Notes under the pieces: generated by a model
The model's database searches: none
What the model was told of the DNA's origin: nothing
What the model saw: only the letters and a program-made list of their open reading frames with translations
Program-made: the position numbers and the translations under genes
Shown here: one piece after another, positions 15,986-24,438 of the stretch
Layout of the letters: each line of letters starts with the position of its first letter
Position numbering within the stretch: position 1 is the first letter of the stretch
NCBI GenBank assembly: GCA_964577555.1
Contig: CAZNZM010000002.1
Location: 63,012 to 95,011, forward strand
Length of the DNA: 32,000 nt
DNA from: an uncultured archaeon
Lineage (GTDB): Archaea; Iainarchaeota; Iainarchaeia; Iainarchaeales; Iainarchaeaceae
Direction of reading: 5' to 3'

Positions 15986-16136
15986 GATCTGCAATTTATA
16001 ATTTGTTTTGTTGGGCTAATATAAATTATGTTTAATTTTTGTCAATTTTTTAGTTGATTTTTTTGGTATTTTCGTCAAAGGGCTAATGTTTGATGGCTTA
16101 TTGACGAAACATTTTTATTGGTGTAACTTCATTAGT

Positions 16137-16847
16137 ATGGCTATTATGGATCAGTTGGCTACGCTTATTGCTGGTGAAATTGCTCTTTCGAAAGACCCTG
16201 GTTCTAGTATGAAAAAGTGGCGTGAAATATTTGGGGTTAGCCAGACTGAGTTGGCTGAGGCACTTAAAATTTCTTCTTCTACTATTTCTGATTATGAGGG
16301 TGGTAGGAGGAAAAGTCCCGGTATAGGTGTTGTTTCAAGGCTTGTTGAAAGTTTGTTGGAAATAGATAAGAATCGTGGAGGAAAAGTTAAGAAGCAGCTT
16401 GAACAGAATTTTCTTCCTAAATTAGAAGTGTTTGATATAGTGGAGTTTTCAAAGTCTGTAGATGGCAGGGATTTTGCTGAAGCAATAAGTGCTGATTGTG
16501 TGGCTAATCCTGGCAGGCTTAAAGATACGAAGGTTTATGGTTATACTATTATAGATTCTTTGAAAGTTATTCTTGATGTTCCAGTGCATGATTATATAAA
16601 AATGTATGGTAAAACTCCTGAAAGGGCTCTTATATTTATGCAAGTTGGTTCTGGTAGGAGTCCTATGATTGCGGTTAAGGTTGGCAGGTTTTCTACAGAT
16701 ATGAGGCCTTCAATAGTGGTTTTGCATGGTATTGATAAGGTTGATCCTATTGCTCAAAAAATTGCGGAGAATGAAAAGATTCCTCTTCTTGTTACAACCA
16801 AGCCTATTGAGGAGATTAAGTCTGAGTTAAAAAAGTATGAAACATGA
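16137..16847 (+). CDS. XRE-family HTH transcriptional regulator with a conserved archaeal C-terminal domain
   Basis: MKKWREIFGVSQTELAEALKISSSTISDYEGGRRKSPG is a classic Cro/C1 HTH. A domain of about 150 aa follows. The track ORF starts at 16086; the ATG at 16137 is more plausible. Confidence 0.75.
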   Translation: MAIMDQLATLIAGEIALSKDPGSSMKKWREIFGVSQTELAEALKISSSTISDYEGGRRKSPGIGVVSRLVESLLEIDKNRGGKVKKQLEQNFLPKLEVFDIVEFSKSVDGRDFAEAISADCVANPGRLKDTKVYGYTIIDSLKVILDVPVHDYIKMYGKTPERALIFMQVGSGRSPMIAVKVGRFSTDMRPSIVVLHGIDKVDPIAQKIAENEKIPLLVTTKPIEEIKSELKKYET

Positions 16848-16898
16848 GAATAAAAAATTTGTTTAAGCAATATTTTTGATTGGTTGTTTTTGTTGAAA

Positions 16899-17525
16899 TT
16901 ATTTTGTTATTACTCTGGCATCGACTGCTATTATTTCGTTTTCGTTTCCTATGATTGGGTTTAGGTCTAGTTCTATTATTTCTGTTTCGTTTTCCATTAT
17001 TTTTCCGACTGATAGGATGGTTTCTTCGAGTTCTTTTATGTTAACCCCTTTTTTTCCTCTGGCTCCGCTTAGTATTGGGTATGTTTTGAGGGATTGTATC
17101 ATTTCTTTTGCTTGGTTTTTTGTTAGGGGGCATATTCCTATGCTTATGTCGTTGAGTATTTCAGCATATATTCCTCCGAGTCCTACTATTACTGTTGGTC
17201 CGAATTGTATATCTCTTTTTCCTCCGACTAGTATTTCTGTTCCTTTGAGCATTTGTTGTACTATGACACATTCGAAACCGTCTATTTTTTTCATTTTTTT
17301 GAATGTTTCTGTTGCTTCTTTTATGGAGTTTATGCCTATTTTTACTCCGCCTGCTTCGGTTTTATGGGTTATTTTTTTTGAAACTACTTTCATTGCAATT
17401 GGCATTCCTATGTTTTTGCATGCTTTTTTTATTTGGTTTTCGTTTTTTGCTTCTTGCATTTTGGCTGTTTTAATTCCGTATTTTTTGATTATTTCGAATG
17501 ATTTTGTAAGGTTGAGTGTTTCCAT
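16899..17525 (-). CDS. ATP-grasp protein resembling the beta subunit of ADP-forming acetyl-CoA synthetase
   Basis: 208 aa starting from METLNLTKSFEIIKKYGIKTAK... Contains MPIAMKVVSKKITHKTEAGGVKIG, GPTVIVGLGGIYAEIL and LDLNPII. Only the 3' third of the 502-aa track ORF is credible. Confidence 0.8.
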   Translation of the reverse strand: METLNLTKSFEIIKKYGIKTAKMQEAKNENQIKKACKNIGMPIAMKVVSKKITHKTEAGGVKIGINSIKEATETFKKMKKIDGFECVIVQQMLKGTEILVGGKRDIQFGPTVIVGLGGIYAEILNDISIGICPLTKNQAKEMIQSLKTYPILSGARGKKGVNIKELEETILSVGKIMENETEIIELDLNPIIGNENEIIAVDARVITK

Positions 17526-17585
17526 AAATAAATGGTAACCAAAATACCTATTTAAATATGTTGCAATTTTATTTTGTTGATTTTG

Positions 17586-18851
17586 ATGGTTAAAATAACT
17601 TTTAAAGGAGCTTCGCAAGAGGTTGGGCGGAGTGCTTTTTTGGTTGATGCTGGCGATAAAATTTTGTTGGATTATGGTGTGAAGCTTACTCCTGCCGGAA
17701 CTGAGTATCCTTTGCCGGTAGAAACAAATTTGAATGCTGCAATAATTTCTCATGCTCATCTTGATCATACTGGGAATTTGCCGCATTTGTTTCAGGAAAC
17801 TAATTGTCTTGTTTATATGACTCCTCCTACGCTTGATATTGCTAAGATTTTGTGGTTTGATACTTTGAAGATTGCGGGTTTGGAGGGGATGGATGCGAAG
17901 TTTGCTAAAGATGAGATTTCGAAAACTGAAAAATTTACTTTTCCTGTGATGTATGGTAAGTCCATGGATATTACGGAAAATACTTCTATGCGAATGTTTG
18001 ATGCGGGTCATATTGTAGGTTCTGCAATAACTGAGTTGAGGTTGAAGGAAAAAACGATTGTTTATACTGGGGATTTTAGGTATACTGAGACAAGGTTGCA
18101 TAATCCTGCACAATTTGAAAAAATAAAAGAGTGTGATTATTTGATAACTGAGTCGACTTATGGAGATAGGGATCATCCGGATAGAAAAGAGACTGAAAAG
18201 TTGTTTGTTGAGTCTGTTAGGGGTGTTATTGAACGTGGTGGGCATGTTCTTTTGCCGTCGTTTGCAGTTGGGCGAAGTCAGGAGATAATAGATGTGCTTT
18301 ATGAATATAAGATAGGTGCGCCGATATATTATGATGGTATGGGGCAAAGCGTGGCGAAAATATATTTGAATAATCCTGGTTATTTGAAAGATCCAAAGTT
18401 TTTGCAAAGGGCTCTTGAAAAAGTGAATTGGGTTAAAAATGTTAAAATGAGAAAGCGTGCTTTAAAGGAGCCTTCGATAATTGTTTGTACTAGTGGTATG
18501 ATGCAGGGTGGGAGTGTTTATGCTTATCTTCCGGAGGTTTATAATGATAAATCGTCAAAAATAATGCTTACTGGTTATCAGGTTGCAGATACTCCTGGGA
18601 AAATACTTTTGGAAACCGGTAAAATAAATTTGGAAGGTATAAATGTTACTGTTAAAGCTGGTGTGGAGCATTATGATTTTAGTGCGCATGCTGGGAAATC
18701 TGAATTGTTTAAGGCTATTAACAAGCTTAATCCTGAAAAAGTGGTTTGTGTGCATGGGGATGCGGAAGTTACTAAAAAGTTTGCCAAGAGCATAAAAGAG
18801 GGAGGTTTTACTCCTGTTGTTCCGGAGTTTGGAAAGGTAATTGAGTTATGA
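17586..18851 (+). CDS. Metallo-beta-lactamase / beta-CASP ribonuclease (aCPSF2-like, no KH domains)
   Basis: GRSAFLVDAG, ISHAHLDHTGNLPHL (HxHxDH), GHIVGSA, TESTYG and VCVHGD. About 420 aa. Confidence 0.85.
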   Translation: MVKITFKGASQEVGRSAFLVDAGDKILLDYGVKLTPAGTEYPLPVETNLNAAIISHAHLDHTGNLPHLFQETNCLVYMTPPTLDIAKILWFDTLKIAGLEGMDAKFAKDEISKTEKFTFPVMYGKSMDITENTSMRMFDAGHIVGSAITELRLKEKTIVYTGDFRYTETRLHNPAQFEKIKECDYLITESTYGDRDHPDRKETEKLFVESVRGVIERGGHVLLPSFAVGRSQEIIDVLYEYKIGAPIYYDGMGQSVAKIYLNNPGYLKDPKFLQRALEKVNWVKNVKMRKRALKEPSIIVCTSGMMQGGSVYAYLPEVYNDKSSKIMLTGYQVADTPGKILLETGKINLEGINVTVKAGVEHYDFSAHAGKSELFKAINKLNPEKVVCVHGDAEVTKKFAKSIKEGGFTPVVPEFGKVIEL

Positions 18852-19612
18852 GTGGTTTTGTATCTTCTTTGAAATATTCTTTGGAAATATTTTCTTCAGA
18901 ACCAAAGCTGATAATTCCGAAGTTGGTGATTGTTGGGATTTTTACTATTATAATGGTTGCGACTACACATTATTATGTATTGGCAATTGAAACTAATGAT
19001 ATTGCTATTGTGTTGGTTCTTTTAATTCTTTTTTTGTTTACTTTGTTGGCTAATGTTTTGGATATATTGGTAAGTGCCATGTATCCTTATCTTGTTGATG
19101 ATTTCAAAAAGAATAAGAAAGTGAGTTTGATAGAGGCGTTGGAGAAATCCATGAAAATTTTCTTTAAAATAGTGGTTCCTGTTATGGCGATTGAATTGGC
19201 TTTTATTGTGGTGACTTCTATCTTTGCGATTGTTTTGATGTTTATATTGCCTGGTGAATTTTTTGATTTAGTTTCTGCCGCGTTTTATTTTTTGGTTGTA
19301 ATTGTGTTTGTGTTTGTTTTTTATAATATTTATTCGGTTATTGCTTTTGAGAAGCATTCTGTTGTTGATTCGATAAAACGAACTGTAAGTATTTCAATAA
19401 AAAATAAGTCTGTAATTTCAAAGGCGACGCTATTAACGACTTTTCTTTCTTTGATTTCTTTTGTATTGGCTTATTATTTGGAAGTTTCAAATATTAGTGG
19501 GGAAATAATGTTTTGGATTGCTTTTGTGATTATTAGGGTTATTACGGCTTATGTTTATTCCTACATATATATTCTTAATCCTGTAATTTATTTTCAGTTG
19601 TTTCGCAAGTGA
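18848..19612 (+). CDS. Polytopic membrane protein, unknown function
   Basis: 254 aa with about 6 hydrophobic helices. Start and stop overlap both neighbours by 4 nt each, suggesting translational coupling. Confidence 0.55.
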   Translation: MSGFVSSLKYSLEIFSSEPKLIIPKLVIVGIFTIIMVATTHYYVLAIETNDIAIVLVLLILFLFTLLANVLDILVSAMYPYLVDDFKKNKKVSLIEALEKSMKIFFKIVVPVMAIELAFIVVTSIFAIVLMFILPGEFFDLVSAAFYFLVVIVFVFVFYNIYSVIAFEKHSVVDSIKRTVSISIKNKSVISKATLLTTFLSLISFVLAYYLEVSNISGEIMFWIAFVIIRVITAYVYSYIYILNPVIYFQLFRK

Positions 19613-20325
19613 AAAAAATGAGAAGGTTTTGTGTAAAGTGCGGTATGCAAAAAAACAAACTTATAGGTAGTTTGTGTCCTGGTTGTTATTTGGAAAAAAA
19701 TTTGGTTATTGATTTGCCAGAAAAGATAATTGTTGAAGTGGATAGTCGTAATGGGAAATATAGGTTTGGTAGGCTTTGGCTTGAGCCTACTGACGAGAAT
19801 TTGTTTAGATATATTGAAAGTAAAATAAAGTCTCTTGCAAAAAGGCAATTGTTGCCAATAAATTCTTTGGATATAAAGTTTGAAAGGCAACAAAATAATA
19901 TTATTGCTTTAATTAGTTTTGAAACTTTGATTGAAGGTGTTAAAGTAAATGTGGAGAAGAGTTTGTTGATACAATTAATAAGGTCTATTTCTGATGCTTC
20001 AATGAAGCTTGCTTCTAATTATCATGAAGCCATATTGCAGGTGAGGTTTAAGCAAGAATTTATGGAAAGCCAAGCCAAAGAGAAGATGGAGGAAATAATT
20101 GGTCTTCTTCACAAGTACAAAAAAATAGATGTTTTATCTGATGTTGTTAATGTAAGGAATGTAAGAGGCGGATTTGACTTGTATGTTGCGTCGAAGAAAT
20201 ATGCTAGAAAAGTCAGTGACGAGTTGTCTAAAAAGTATCGTATAAAAGCTATTTATTCTAACAAACTTGTTGGTATGAAGGATGGCAGGGAAGTTTATAG
20301 GGATTATTTGTGTTTGAAATTCTAA
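19609..20325 (+). CDS. NMD3-like protein (short form with a partly degenerate zinc-binding N-terminus)
   Basis: The N-terminus FCVKCG...LCPGCY resembles the first NMD3 zinc cluster. The downstream layout is NMD3-like, but the second Cys cluster is absent. The call is tentative. Confidence 0.45.
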   Translation: MKKMRRFCVKCGMQKNKLIGSLCPGCYLEKNLVIDLPEKIIVEVDSRNGKYRFGRLWLEPTDENLFRYIESKIKSLAKRQLLPINSLDIKFERQQNNIIALISFETLIEGVKVNVEKSLLIQLIRSISDASMKLASNYHEAILQVRFKQEFMESQAKEKMEEIIGLLHKYKKIDVLSDVVNVRNVRGGFDLYVASKKYARKVSDELSKKYRIKAIYSNKLVGMKDGREVYRDYLCLKF

Positions 20326-20478
20326 AATTTTAAGTATTTTTTTTATTTTTGTGTTTTTTTAGAGTTAAGTATTTGGTTGTCTTGGATTGATGGCTGTTGA
20401 AAATTATTTAGTTATTTATTTGTTTTATTTTTTTTGTCAAAGTAAGTTTTATTAAGTTGATTTAATATTTTTATATAA

Positions 20479-20634
20479 ATGCTTAATGTAGATAAATTTG
20501 CCATTGCAATGCTTTTCATAGGTGCTGGTCTTGGCACTCTTGCTCCTAAGTTGACTTCTCCGCTTGATTTTATCAATCCTTATATTTCCTTTCTTTTTTT
20601 GATAATTGGTGTTGTTTTTCTTATATTGAAATAG
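20479..20634 (+). CDS. Possible small membrane protein (51 aa)
   Basis: MLNVDKFAIAMLFIGAGLGTLAPKLTSPLDFINPYISFLFLIIGVVFLILK has two hydrophobic segments. It is the only ORF-like signal in a 557-bp spacer. AT-rich TATA-like sequence lies upstream. Confidence 0.3.
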   Translation: MLNVDKFAIAMLFIGAGLGTLAPKLTSPLDFINPYISFLFLIIGVVFLILK

Positions 20635-20882
20635 TTTTTTTATATAAAATTTATTTTTCTTTTTTTGTGTAAAGTTTTTTTGCCAGGTTGTTTTTTTTTG
20701 TTTTGTCTTTTGGATTAGTTATGAAACCTTTTTTTGTTTGTTTTGTTGAGCCAGTTTTTTTATTTTTCCGGACTTTTTTTAGATTTTTTTGTTTTTTTTA
20801 AATCATTTTTTGCCATTTCTGGCTGTCATTTTTTTGTTATTTTTTATTTGCTTGTTTTTTTGTGTTTGCTTGGCTTTTTTTC

Positions 20883-21965
20883 CTAAACATATTTCAATCC
20901 AAGCTCTGAGTCTGTTCTGGTTTTTGTTTCGCCGATTTTTTTTGATTTTCCTGTTATGAATGGCGAGTGAACTCCTGTGAATATTGCTATTACTTCTATT
21001 TTGTTGTTGTAGCTGTTGTCGACTCTTGCACCCCATATTACCGTTGCTCTTGGGTCTACTCTTTCTGTTAGGCGTTCTCCTATTTGGTTGGCTTCGCCTA
21101 GTGTAAGTTCTGGTCCGCCTGTGATGTGGATTAGTACTCCTGTTGCTCCTCCTATGTCAACATCTAAGAGTGTATTGTTTAGTGCGTCTTCTACTGCTTC
21201 TAGTACTTTGTTGTGTGATTGGCTTTCTCCTACGCCTATCATTGAGAGTCCGCCGCCTGTCATTACGGCTCTGATGTCTGCAAAGTCAAGGTTTATGAGT
21301 GATGGTTGTGTTATTGTTTCGGTGATTCCTCTTACTGTTCTTGCGATTACTTCGTCTGCTACTTTGAATGCGTCTTGTATTGGCAGGTTTGGTACTAATT
21401 GGACAAGTCTGTTGTTGTCAATTACAATGACTGTGTCGCAAACTTGAGCCAATTTTTGTATTCCTTCTTCTGCGTTTATCATTCTTGCTCTTTCAAGCGA
21501 GAAAGGATATGTTACCATTGCAACTACTATTGCTCCTTGTTCTTTTGCTATTTCTGCTACTATTGGTGCAGCTCCAGTGCCTGTTCCTCCTCCCATTCCT
21601 GCTGAGACAAATAGCATGTCTACTTTGTCAAGGAGTTTTACTAAGTCGCCTTTGCTTACTTCTGCTGCTTTTGCGCCTATTTCTGGATATCCTCCTGCGC
21701 CTAGTCCTCTTGTAACTGATTTTCCAATAAGTACTTTGGTTATGTCGTCGTTGATCATTGCTAGGTGTTGTTTGTCGGTGTTGATTGCAGCAAGTGTTGC
21801 TCCTTCTATATGCATTTTTGAAAGTCTGTTAACTGCATTACATCCGGCACCTCCGCATCCTATGACCATTATTTTTGGTATTCCGAATTCGTCAAAGTTT
21901 TCTTCAACTTTGGCTGTGTTGCTTTTTTGTCCCGTGTGCACTGCACTATCTACTAATGATTTCAA
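20883..21965 (-). CDS. ftsZ: Cell division protein FtsZ
   Basis: IMVIGCGGAGCNAVNRL and the tubulin signature GMGGGTGTGAAPIVAEIAKE. TTG start preceded by GGAGGGGTGA. Confidence 0.95.
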   Translation of the reverse strand: MKSLVDSAVHTGQKSNTAKVEENFDEFGIPKIMVIGCGGAGCNAVNRLSKMHIEGATLAAINTDKQHLAMINDDITKVLIGKSVTRGLGAGGYPEIGAKAAEVSKGDLVKLLDKVDMLFVSAGMGGGTGTGAAPIVAEIAKEQGAIVVAMVTYPFSLERARMINAEEGIQKLAQVCDTVIVIDNNRLVQLVPNLPIQDAFKVADEVIARTVRGITETITQPSLINLDFADIRAVMTGGGLSMIGVGESQSHNKVLEAVEDALNNTLLDVDIGGATGVLIHITGGPELTLGEANQIGERLTERVDPRATVIWGARVDNSYNNKIEVIAIFTGVHSPFITGKSKKIGETKTRTDSELGLKYV

Positions 21966-22183
21966 GTTTTCACCCCTCCAATTTTTATTGTTTGTTTTTG
22001 TTATGTGTGGTTATAATAATTATTAGATTTAATATTTATTAAATGTTATTAAATAAATCGAAAATAAGAAAAACAGGTTTTTTTCTATTATTCGTTGTTT
22101 TTTTTGCGGGGTGTTTTTTTGTCTTTTTTTTGTGATTTTGTTTTTTTTTGTCATTTTTTTCTTTTTTTTTGTTTTTAATAGTT

Positions 22184-22258
22184 CGGACCGGGTGAGATTT
22201 GAACTCACGACCCCTTCATTAGGAGTGAAGTGCTCTATCCAGCCTGAGCTACCGGCCC
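22184..22258 (-). tRNA. tRNA-Arg (anticodon CCU)
   Basis: The minus strand folds into a cloverleaf: GGGCCGG TA GCTC AGGCTGGATA GAGC A CTTCA CTCCTAA TGAAG GGGTC GTGAG TTCAAAT CTCAC CCGGTCC G. A20 is present in the D-loop. No CCA is encoded. The acceptor stem contains a G3:U70 pair. Confidence 0.9.
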
Positions 22259-22286
22259 TTCATTAGTAAACTTGGTTTAGTAATCA

Positions 22287-22294
22287 TTTAAAAA
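22287..22294 (-). promoter_or_regulatory. Candidate TATA box (TTTTTAAA on the minus strand) for tRNA-Arg
   Basis: It ends 28 nt upstream of tRNA position +1, which is appropriate spacing for an archaeal promoter. Confidence 0.3.
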
Positions 22295-22316
22295 CTTGCT
22301 AACTTGTTTGTTTTTT

Positions 22317-22880
22317 TTATGTGAGAATTGCTATTGTTATTCCTGTTGCAATAGGTATTGTAAAATTGTCGTCTAATAGTAAGTATTCTGCCAGCATTCC
22401 AATGGTTGAAGCAGCAAGAGCTGTTTGTATTGATGGCATTATTGTTGCAAGCATTATTGTTGAGATTGCTATTCCTGCTATTGTTCCTTCTATTGTTTTT
22501 CCAAATATTTTTGTTTTTCCGATTTTTTTTCCTGCAATTGTTGAAATGCTGTCGCCGAATGAAAGCACTATTATTGCTCCAATTAGTGTTGTTTTTGGTT
22601 CAAAGTAGAATATTGTTGAGCATATTATTATTGAAAGAGTAAAATTCAGTGCCGCTATTCCGAAATTTTTTTTTTCGTGTTCTCGTTCTGTTTCTTTTAC
22701 TAATTCTTTGAGAAAAGGTATTGGGGTTATTTTTGAGTGGAATATTGAAATTAAAAACCCTGTTATGTAGATTAAAATCATTGTCAGTATTGCGGTTTTT
22801 TTTTCCAATATTATTATGATTGCAAGGAATATTATGCCAAGTAATAAGTGTATTATTTGTCTTTTGTATTCTTTTTCCAT
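22317..22880 (-). CDS. Polytopic membrane protein of the dolichol/polyprenol kinase (CTP-dependent, COG0170-like) family
   Basis: 187 aa with 5-6 TM segments. SFGDSISTIAGKKIGKTKIFGKTIEGTIAG matches the GD..A..vG...G......K(S/T).EG motif of this family. Confidence 0.55.
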   Translation of the reverse strand: MEKEYKRQIIHLLLGIIFLAIIIILEKKTAILTMILIYITGFLISIFHSKITPIPFLKELVKETEREHEKKNFGIAALNFTLSIIICSTIFYFEPKTTLIGAIIVLSFGDSISTIAGKKIGKTKIFGKTIEGTIAGIAISTIMLATIMPSIQTALAASTIGMLAEYLLLDDNFTIPIATGITIAILT

Positions 22881-22957
22881 TTTTTTCCTCTTTTTTTTAT
22901 TATGAAGATTTGCAGCGAATATGATTTCAAATTATTTTTGTTTTCATATGTTTTTTT

Positions 22958-23785
22958 TTATTTTGCACCTTTTTTTGCCACTTTTGCAATCATAATTTTT
23001 TTACAGTATTTTTTTAATTTTTTTATTTCGTTTTTTGGGTTGTTTGTTATTATAAAAATTGTTTCTCCAAGCATTGCCATGCTTGCTTTATCTATTTTAC
23101 TTATTGTTTTTTTTATTTTTGGGGTTGCAAGTCCTGTTTCTAATGTGAATTTTCTTGCCAATCTCATGAAATTTGCCGGGGTTTTTTCTTTTTCAATTTC
23201 TTTCATGCATTTTAGTCCTATTTTGTTTATTTTTTTTTTCCATTTTTTGCTTCTTATTATTGTTTTTGTTTTTATTGGGTTGAAGAATCCTAATACTACA
23301 TATTTTTCTTTTGGTTTTATTATCCATGCTTTTTTTGATGGGTATGGTTTTTTGCCTATTAGCAGTCCATAGAATTGTTCAGCTGTTACGTCTCCCAATC
23401 CTGTTCCGCATTCTATTTCTGCTTGGCTTGCTATTTTTGCCACTTCGCTTTTTTTTAGTTTTGTTTTTAGTGCTTTGTTTAGTGCTAGTGCCAAGCTTAA
23501 TGCTCCTGCGCCTGAAATTCCTAGTCCATAGCCTATTGGGAATTTTGTTTTGTGTTCTATTTTTACTTTTTTTTTGCATTTTGTTTTCTTTCTGAATAGT
23601 TCCAGAACTTTTTTTGATACTGGTAGGTTTGTTTTTTTGTCGTTTATTGTGAATGAGTCTTTTTTTGCTGTTGTGACTTTTGTTTTCATTCCTTCTGCAA
23701 TGTTTATGCTTGCGCCTGTTGATCCGTTTTTGAATATTGCGAAAAACCCTGTAATGCTTCCAGGGCTTTGTGCGGTTGCTTTCAT
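22958..23785 (-). CDS. GHMP-family kinase, probably archaeal pantoate kinase (COG1829-like)
   Basis: The N-terminus SPGSITGFF resembles the archaeal pantoate kinase N-terminal motif as I recall it (unverified). The GHMP ATP motif is FPIGYGLGISGAGALSLALALN. Confidence 0.55.
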   Translation of the reverse strand: MKATAQSPGSITGFFAIFKNGSTGASINIAEGMKTKVTTAKKDSFTINDKKTNLPVSKKVLELFRKKTKCKKKVKIEHKTKFPIGYGLGISGAGALSLALALNKALKTKLKKSEVAKIASQAEIECGTGLGDVTAEQFYGLLIGKKPYPSKKAWIIKPKEKYVVLGFFNPIKTKTIIRSKKWKKKINKIGLKCMKEIEKEKTPANFMRLARKFTLETGLATPKIKKTISKIDKASMAMLGETIFIITNNPKNEIKKLKKYCKKIMIAKVAKKGAK

Positions 23786-23909
23786 GTGAATAAATTTTAT
23801 TGGTGAAGATGTAATAAATAATTGCCTGTCTGTTATTTTTTTTTGGCAACAAAAAATATTTAAAAATTTTGATGGATATGTATGTAGGAAAGTTTAGGGG
23901 GTGGTTTTT

Positions 23910-24398
23910 ATGAGAGGCAGCATTTGGGATGAAATTAGAAGGATTCAACAAAGAATGGATTCAATGTTTGAGGAGTTTTTCAGGGAAGATCCGTTTTATT
24001 GGACTCAAAAGCCTTTGATTGAGGGTAGTTCAAAAGTCGATAAGGGTAAGGAGTTGGAGAAGAGTAGATTGTATACTCCTTTAACCGATATTTGGGATGC
24101 TGGCAAAGAAATAAAGGCGGAAATTGACATGCCTGGTCTTCAAAAGGAGGATATTAAAATTAGTGCCCATAAGGGGGTTTTAGAAGTCAAGGCTGAGAAG
24201 AAGCACGAGTCAAAAGAGGAAAAAAAAGGTATGTATAGGTTTGAACGTTCGTATCAAGGATTTTATAGGGCGTATCATTTGCCGCCTGAGGCTGATATTG
24301 AAAACATTTCTGCCAAATATGAAAATGGTGTTCTGAAAATAAGCATGCCGAAAAAATCCTTGCCAGATAGCAAGCCTAAATTGATTGAAGTAAAATGA
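23910..24398 (+). CDS. hsp20: Small heat-shock protein (Hsp20/alpha-crystallin family)
   Basis: PLTDIWDAGKEIKAEIDMPGLQKEDIKI...FERSYQGFYRAYHLPPEADIENISAKYENGVLKISMPK. GGGGGTG SD lies 8 nt upstream of the ATG. Confidence 0.9.
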   Translation: MRGSIWDEIRRIQQRMDSMFEEFFREDPFYWTQKPLIEGSSKVDKGKELEKSRLYTPLTDIWDAGKEIKAEIDMPGLQKEDIKISAHKGVLEVKAEKKHESKEEKKGMYRFERSYQGFYRAYHLPPEADIENISAKYENGVLKISMPKKSLPDSKPKLIEVK

Positions 24399-24438
24399 GA
24401 ATAAATTTGTTGTAAATCATTTCTTGTAAATTTTTTAT

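Noticed and set aside
15911-15994. 5' extension of the small wHTH ORF (MQIEKMLISILCSHPAERRGNSPQSEKN...)
   Set aside because: The extension is translated through the GC hairpin and the palindrome, and it has no homology-like features. The downstream ATG (MNLYEI...) gives a compact wHTH protein.
17526-18407. N-terminal ~290 aa of the 502-aa minus-strand track ORF (16899-18407)
   Set aside because: It lies antisense to the well-supported beta-CASP RNase gene. The sequence is low-complexity (I/R/K/N/S-rich) with no motifs. Recognisable ATP-grasp homology begins only at the internal ATG at 17525.
20803-21036. 77-aa K/R/Q/N-rich minus-strand ORF
   Set aside because: It translates the oligo-A side of the T-rich spacer and overlaps the 3' end of ftsZ in another frame. 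It is a low-complexity artefact.
21016-22026. Several plus-strand ORFs (143, 68, 76 and 149 aa) rich in L/S/P
   Set aside because: They are shadow ORFs antisense to ftsZ. ftsZ carries the unambiguous tubulin signature.
23379-23951. 190-aa minus-strand ORF and plus-strand ORFs 22848-23372 and 23311-23595
   Set aside because: They are alternative-frame or antisense ORFs over the GHMP kinase gene. Their composition is highly basic or phenylalanine-rich and low-complexity.
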